Below, in pieces: positions 58,660 through 64,000 of a DNA stretch of 64,000 nucleotides. A model generated the notes under the pieces. The model saw only the letters and a program-made list of their open reading frames with translations. It was not told the origin of the DNA and did no database searches. The first letter of the stretch is position 1. Each line of letters starts with the position of its first letter. The position numbers and the translations under genes are program-made. Source of the DNA: Spirochaetia bacterium (lineage in GTDB: Bacteria; Spirochaetota; Spirochaetia; SZUA-6; Bin103); the NCBI GenBank assembly GCA_965203905.1, contig CBDBDQ010000005.1, positions 3,456,001-3,520,000 on the forward strand, given 5' to 3'.

Positions 58660-60117
58660 CTACTCCAGCATAAATGTGTCGATATCGGACGTGGAGCGGA
58701 GGATCTGGTGGTTCGGCAAGCCCATGGTTTCGGCAAATCGGACACTCGCCGCGAGCCTCAGTTCGGAATTCGTCGCTTCGTCGAACGCGATGCGCGCCAA
58801 GTCCGCCAAGCTCCCAAACCAGGAATCGAGCCGCTCCAGTTCGGTCTGGAGCGCATCGTCAAGCTTGGCGATTGCCTGTGCTTCGTAGGCATCGACCCTC
58901 TCCGCCAGTTCCGGATCGATGTCATCGAACCCTTTCCTGATCGCTGACGCCACCAGCTTTCCCGCGATGCTGCCGATGAAGGCTCCGAGCAGAGGCATGG
59001 GAACGAGGGTCTGGCCGGCCATGGATGCCATACCAACGATCGCCGCATCCGACGCCACCAGGAGCGACAGATTGACGAATTGCGTTCCGTCTATCTTTTC
59101 GGCGCAGTAATGACCAACCAGACTGCCCACCCCCATAAGGGCGCTCACGAGCGCTCCGGCAAACGGAGCTGACAATTCAGTGACATTGGTCAGCAGGTAC
59201 AGTGCACCGCCCGCCACGGCACCACCCCCCGCGCCTTTGACGGTTGTGACGCCGATCTCCTTCCAGTCTTCGACGGAGAAGTCGCCGTGGAACGGGTTCT
59301 TGCCGTCCTTGTACTTGTCCCATACCGCCTGCGCGAAGGACACGCCGCCACCGGCCGCGGCGCCAACGGCAGCGGCGGTTGCCGCACCAGCAAGTGTCGG
59401 CCGGTGCTCCGCGCGCACCTGGTCCTTCAGGTCTTCGTTGGTCTCGGCGAGCCCCCGCTCCCGGTGTTCAATCGTGTCGTGGACACGTCCCTGATGGACC
59501 TCGGCATACGTAGCTTCACCCGACTCGATCAATTCGTCCAGGGATCGCCCACTCTCTGCCACCAACGACTCGATCTGCCTTTGTATTCGTGCCACGCTCC
59601 GATCGGACAAACCTTCTATGGTCCCAGCTTCCTTTAGCTGTCCGAGTTGAGCGAACTGATCTCTTGGGATGTGGTAACGCCCCGTTCCCGTCGCGAAGTC
59701 CTTGTACTGCTCCATGTGCGCGACAATACCGTCGAGGGTATTTCTCAGCCCGTTGTAGTACTTGGACTGAATCGCCACTCCATCCACGTAGTCTACGGCA
59801 TCCAGCCGGCCGACTCCCTCCAGCGTAGCCTCAGGCATACGCTGATGCAAAAGATCAGACGCCCGCCGCACGCCAACATGAACCTGTTCGGCGATCTCAC
59901 CGTGCTTGGTGTCGGTACTGCCGAGGATGTGCTCGGGCGCGCCAACAAAGTCCTTGACCACCTGTAGCGCTTCCTGCGCCTCTCGAAATGCCGTCTCCTG
60001 GTTCGATAGCGCCGCGCTGCGAGCCACTCCCCGGGCTGCAAGATCTTGCGCCGCCCATGAGGATGCCACTTGCGCCGCGACGTGCGGGCCGGTCTGGTCG
60101 GGGTCAGGCGTGCTCAT
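58660..60117 (-). CDS. Hypothetical protein: N-terminal putative D-QxK nuclease-like domain, C-terminal Gly/Ala-rich hydrophobic helices
   Basis: 485 aa; KHGEIAE...VDYVDGVAIQSKYY; glycine-zipper-like segments; lower GC than flanks. Confidence 0.65.
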   Translation of the reverse strand: MSTPDPDQTGPHVAAQVASSWAAQDLAARGVARSAALSNQETAFREAQEALQVVKDFVGAPEHILGSTDTKHGEIAEQVHVGVRRASDLLHQRMPEATLEGVGRLDAVDYVDGVAIQSKYYNGLRNTLDGIVAHMEQYKDFATGTGRYHIPRDQFAQLGQLKEAGTIEGLSDRSVARIQRQIESLVAESGRSLDELIESGEATYAEVHQGRVHDTIEHRERGLAETNEDLKDQVRAEHRPTLAGAATAAAVGAAAGGGVSFAQAVWDKYKDGKNPFHGDFSVEDWKEIGVTTVKGAGGGAVAGGALYLLTNVTELSAPFAGALVSALMGVGSLVGHYCAEKIDGTQFVNLSLLVASDAAIVGMASMAGQTLVPMPLLGAFIGSIAGKLVASAIRKGFDDIDPELAERVDAYEAQAIAKLDDALQTELERLDSWFGSLADLARIAFDEATNSELRLAASVRFAETMGLPNHQILRSTSDIDTFMLE

Positions 60118-61189
60118 TGGTTATCCTCTCCACGATCAGTTTGCCCAGTGAGCGTATGTGATTGACCAGCGCCGCCAGCCGTTCTTTCTGTGGCACGTCG
60201 AACTGCTGGTAGTCGGCCGGGGCATGTTCGATAAGCCAACGTATGTCTGCCAAGCAACCGTCCGCGTGCTCCGCGATCCGGTTAGCCAGACCATCGATCT
60301 TGTGCCTGGTCGCGACGAGCGAGCGGATTCCTGCTTCCACCGCTACCCGTCGTTCCCCGGCTGTCTCGGTAAGCTGCCGGTTGCGAAGATACATGAACAC
60401 GGCAGCTCCCACGACAGCCGTTCCGGCCACACTCCAACCAATCGGTCCGGCAAGGGCCAGCAGCGCGCTGCCCGCCGCCATGCCACCGCCTCCTGCGGCG
60501 AGCGCGCCGCCTCCAAGCCAGGCCAGTGCAGCATTCGCCGCCGCGGCTCCCGACAGCGCAGAGATCGCCGTGCCCGTGGAAGCTGTGCCGAACGTCGTGG
60601 CTATCGCCAATGCCGCCGTAGGCGCCAGCGTCGCCACCCCGACACCGCCGATTGCGCCCGCCGCTCCGGTACCTCCGGCAACCGTCGCGGATTGCGCGGC
60701 ATCTGTCTCCAAGCGCACGACATCGTTCGTGAATCGACCGACCTCAAGCCGATACTCGGCCACCGCCTTGTCGAAGTCCTTGCTGGACGTCGCCATCCGG
60801 TTGACGTATTCCTCGACGCGCGCGATGACCTCGCTTGCGGCACGTTGACGTTGTTCGTACAGCCGCGCACTCGCCTGTATCGTTTGCTGCTGCTCCGCCT
60901 CGTGTCGCGCTACCGACTCCTTGAGTGCCTCTATTGCACCCTTGAGGTTGGACGAACTGGCTTCGGCCTCTCCGCTCCTGCTGCCGAGCTGCTTTCTTGC
61001 AGAGTGGATCTCTTCAGCGCGGTTGCGAATCGTGTCCAACACCCCACTATTCCTGTTGACGCCCTCCGCCAACAGAAAGTGGGTCGCGGATGCGCGATCG
61101 GGGAACAATCCTGCCCTTACTAAGGCGTCGATGCGTTCCAAGTCCTCGGCATCGGGGCGTATCGTCACGGTATCACGGCCTATCAACAT
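60104..61189 (-). CDS. Hypothetical protein: RHH-like N-terminus, coiled coil and long hydrophobic hairpin
   Basis: VTIRPDAEDLERIDALVRAGLFPDRASATHFLL; FGTASTGTAISALSGAAAANAALAWLGGGALAAGGGGMAAG; 14-bp overlap with downstream gene. Confidence 0.65.
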   Translation of the reverse strand: MLIGRDTVTIRPDAEDLERIDALVRAGLFPDRASATHFLLAEGVNRNSGVLDTIRNRAEEIHSARKQLGSRSGEAEASSSNLKGAIEALKESVARHEAEQQQTIQASARLYEQRQRAASEVIARVEEYVNRMATSSKDFDKAVAEYRLEVGRFTNDVVRLETDAAQSATVAGGTGAAGAIGGVGVATLAPTAALAIATTFGTASTGTAISALSGAAAANAALAWLGGGALAAGGGGMAAGSALLALAGPIGWSVAGTAVVGAAVFMYLRNRQLTETAGERRVAVEAGIRSLVATRHKIDGLANRIAEHADGCLADIRWLIEHAPADYQQFDVPQKERLAALVNHIRSLGKLIVERITNEHA

Positions 61190-61271
61190 TCCGCTCCCCT
61201 CATCCGGAGCCACTGGCCAGCACTCGTATCGTGTCCACACACGAGCAACGGCTTCCGGGCCGGTGGCTCCG

Positions 61272-62420
61272 CTAAAGTCCGGCGGGGGCGAGTTCGCCGA
61301 TCGACTGGGCGAGACTATTGGGCCGGCTGCGGCCGGCGGGGCGCGCTGTGCCCGGGTTCGCGGTGGGCGGTAACGGCGTGTCGAACTGGTAGCCCGGGTC
61401 GGTCTTCTGGCGCTTCCAGGTGGTACGCATCTCGCGCCAGGCTTCGCGCAGCGTGCGCGGCCTGGGCATGTCGTCGGCGATCTCGCGGTAGAGCCGGGAC
61501 AGGTTGTAGCAGGGCACGCCCGCGTACATGTGGTGCTCGGTGTGCCAGTTCATGTGCCAGTAGAGGAACTCCGAGAACGGGTCCAGGGTGATCGAGCGCA
61601 CGCACTTGCGGAAGTCGGTCACGTTGTCGCGCAGGCCGGCGTGCATCGGAAACCCGACGAAGTGCGCCCACCAGTTGGCGATGAACGGAAACAGCGACAG
61701 CACGATCGGCAGCACCCACAGCCCGGTTGCGACCGCCACCACGAGGATGGCGCCGTGGAACGCCAGGATCGCGCGTGCCCACCAGATCGCCTTGCGCTTC
61801 TCCTGCGGCTGATCGGCGTACATCGCGATCCACCACTCGCCGCCGACCACGCCGCACGCCGCCTCCACGGTATCGAGCAGGACCGGCAGCAGGCCGCCGG
61901 GGCCGAGATTGCGGCGCGAGCGCCACACGTTGAAGGTGAAGAGCTGCAGCAACAGCAGGAAGCGCAGCGACACGTTGGCCGGCAGCACCGCCTCGCGGTC
62001 GCCCTCGGGGTGCAGCGTGTAGCGGTGGTGGTAGGTGTGGCTCACGGCGTAGTGGAACGGGTTGTCCCAGCTCGGAAGCGCGTACACGTACAGAAACAGC
62101 TTGTTCAGCCACTTGGTGCGGAACACCGTCTTGTGGTTCAGCTCGTGGGTCGCCAGGCCGCGGAAGAAGGTGCCGATGGTGCCGTGCGCGAACAGCGCCA
62201 GCGCGAACCAGAGCCAGAGCTGCTGCGACCAGAACAGGATCACCAGCGCCGCGGTGCAGGCGAACAGGGCGAGGTGTCCGCCGGCCTGGAACCAGCCCTT
62301 GCGGTCGCTACGCCGCATCAGCTCGCGCAGCTTCGCCGGCGCGATCGGGCACCGATACCACTCTACCCGCAGGTCCTTGCGCACATCGGCCAGGGATGGC
62401 CACTGATCGTTCGCCTTCAT
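61272..62420 (-). CDS. Membrane fatty-acid-desaturase-family di-iron enzyme
   Basis: His boxes HELNH, HTYHH, HTEHH; VPCYNL. Confidence 0.88.
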   Translation of the reverse strand: MKANDQWPSLADVRKDLRVEWYRCPIAPAKLRELMRRSDRKGWFQAGGHLALFACTAALVILFWSQQLWLWFALALFAHGTIGTFFRGLATHELNHKTVFRTKWLNKLFLYVYALPSWDNPFHYAVSHTYHHRYTLHPEGDREAVLPANVSLRFLLLLQLFTFNVWRSRRNLGPGGLLPVLLDTVEAACGVVGGEWWIAMYADQPQEKRKAIWWARAILAFHGAILVVAVATGLWVLPIVLSLFPFIANWWAHFVGFPMHAGLRDNVTDFRKCVRSITLDPFSEFLYWHMNWHTEHHMYAGVPCYNLSRLYREIADDMPRPRTLREAWREMRTTWKRQKTDPGYQFDTPLPPTANPGTARPAGRSRPNSLAQSIGELAPAGL

Positions 62421-62503
62421 GACTGTGCCGCGGATCATATCACCCGCCACCATCGCACGGAAGCAATGACGCCGTGCCCGCCGCGCCCGATGTGCTCGCG
62501 GCG

Positions 62504-63457
62504 TCAGTCGAGGACGCCCGGTGCGCCGATGGCGGCGAGCATGGCGCGGGCCTGGTCGCGGTAGCGGGCCCGAACGTCGCGCGTGGGAGGGCGGCAGCGG
62601 CTCGAAGGCAGGCCCACCAGCTCCATGCACAGCTTGTCGAGGTAGCCGTCGCCGCTGGTGTAGGTCTCCATCTCCTCCCACAGCCGCATGAAGGGCAGCA
62701 CCACGTCGATCAGTTGGCGCTGGGCTTCCACGTAGCGGCACTCGGTCAGCAGGCGCCACATCGTTACCCCCCACTGGGGCCAGAAGTTGCAGATGTGGAC
62801 CTCGATGCCGCGGGCGCCGAGCATGTGGCTGGTGGGGAACCGGAGCTGGTTGTCGATGATGCTGAAGCGTTCGGAGTAGTCGGCCACGATCCCCTCGAAC
62901 GCCATGAACCCGGTCTCGGGCGTCGACCATTTCAGTCCCACCACCGTCCTCAGCCCCGACAGCCGGTCTACCAGGGCGTGCGAGACTTCGGGCGTGCTCC
63001 AATGGGTGTTGTACACCACCAGGCCGACGTCGGACGCGGCAGCGGCGGCGGCGACGTGATCGTAGAAGTCACCGTCGGTGTGTCCGAAATAGAACGGCGG
63101 CGAGATCTGCAGAAAATCGGCGCCGATCGCGGCCGCCTTGCGCGCCAGCTTTACCAACTCCCGGGTGCTGGTGGTCTGGCCGCCCATCACCACCGGGACC
63201 CGCCCGGCGGCCTCGTCCACCACCGCCTCGGTGACAGCCACCCTTTCTTCGAAGGTCATGGTCGAGAAGTCGCCGGCCGCACCGCCGGCGAGCAGCACCC
63301 CGGTGCCGGCCGTGATGCCGCCGTCGATCAGGAAGCGCACGTGGCGCCGCATGGCGTCGAGATCGACGCTTAGCTCCGCATTGTCGCGGAACATGGTGGG
63401 GAGCGTAACGTAGCAGCCCTGCAGCCGACTCTTCAGGTCCAGATCGCCGGTAGACAT
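62504..63457 (-). CDS. Dihydrodipicolinate synthase/N-acetylneuraminate lyase family aldolase
   Basis: GGAAGDFSTMTFEER, SPPFY, VVYNT, GLKWS. Confidence 0.88.
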   Translation of the reverse strand: MSTGDLDLKSRLQGCYVTLPTMFRDNAELSVDLDAMRRHVRFLIDGGITAGTGVLLAGGAAGDFSTMTFEERVAVTEAVVDEAAGRVPVVMGGQTTSTRELVKLARKAAAIGADFLQISPPFYFGHTDGDFYDHVAAAAAASDVGLVVYNTHWSTPEVSHALVDRLSGLRTVVGLKWSTPETGFMAFEGIVADYSERFSIIDNQLRFPTSHMLGARGIEVHICNFWPQWGVTMWRLLTECRYVEAQRQLIDVVLPFMRLWEEMETYTSGDGYLDKLCMELVGLPSSRCRPPTRDVRARYRDQARAMLAAIGAPGVLD

Positions 63458-63713
63458 GCGATGACGATGGCGCACAACCCGCCAAGGGGCAACAGCCGGA
63501 CATCGCCTAACGCAATCGCCGCGACGAGTTGAGTTCCGAACTCGACGCGATCCAGCCCCTCGCCCACGCCGGATGAGCGGCCATGCGCAGCGGGAGGCTG
63601 ACGCACCACTTCGCGGCAGGTACGGTACGAGCATTCGGGCATGAGCCAGTGAACCGTGATAGGGTGGGCCGATGCCACTCTGGAGACAACGGAGCAGGCA
63701 TAGGAGGTAAGGA

Positions 63714-64000
63714 ATGAGACGGACTGGAATCTTCTCGCTGCTGGTCGCGTGCGCGACGCTCCTGCTGCCGGGGGCGACCGTGTGGGCCGGGGCAGCGTCC
63801 GAGCCGGAGGAAGAGGCTTCCGGCACGATGGCCGCCACGGGCATGTACAACGAGGCACCCATGTTGGCCAAGCTGGTCGCCTCCGGGGACCTGCCACCGG
63901 TCGACGACCGGCTGCCGGAGGTGCCCAAGGTGCACCACATGATCGAGAGCGTCGGCAGGTACGGCGGCGAGCTGCGCGCCTTTGCCGTTACCGACAACAT
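63714..64000 (+). CDS. Family-5 ABC substrate-binding protein, N-terminal part (runs off window)
   Basis: AGGAGG RBS; MRRTGIF...VWAGAASE...YNEAPMLAKLVASGDLPPVDDRLP...GRYGG. Confidence 0.88.
   Translation, partial: MRRTGIFSLLVACATLLLPGATVWAGAASEPEEEASGTMAATGMYNEAPMLAKLVASGDLPPVDDRLPEVPKVHHMIESVGRYGGELRAFAVTDN

Noticed and set aside
63515-63550. Imperfect hairpin in the DHDPS/SBP intergenic region
   Set aside because: Short single instance without a U-tract or second copy; insufficient evidence for a terminator or ncRNA

Overview
High-GC bacterial chromosomal window. The substrate-binding proteins carry 'LWAxG/AxxE'-type signal ends, which suggest an uncultured Spirochaetota-like, probably host-associated heterotroph (inference only). 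Intact metabolic content: typA, three Opp/Dpp-type ABC SBP+permease sets (plus a partial fourth SBP) with no ATPase gene, a gamma-butyrobetaine/carnitine catabolic cluster with ggt, two GH32 glycosidases, and enolase-superfamily, LLM, AKR, SDR, MDR, desaturase and DHDPS-family genes. About ten toxin-antitoxin or defence-like modules are interleaved, most with the toxin decayed, along with a 1.7-kaa exonuclease-RecQ-UvrD fusion, an orphan DNA methyltransferase whose probable endonuclease survives only as a displaced relic, a DUF222-like HNH gene and many gene relics. No rRNA, tRNA, CRISPR array, transposase or integrase was recognised. The three strongest leads are: (1) a ~170-180-nt structured 5' leader conserved upstream of two otherwise divergent ABC SBP genes (candidate new cis-regulatory RNA); (2) a coupled two-gene module at 58660-61189 (RHH + hydrophobic-hairpin coiled-coil protein, and a D-QxK nuclease-like membrane protein), a candidate undescribed defence/toxin system; (3) a repeated architecture in which accessory genes sit between a resident gene and a decayed direct-repeat copy of it, without any mobile-element enzyme. 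Family assignments come from motif recognition, not database searches.
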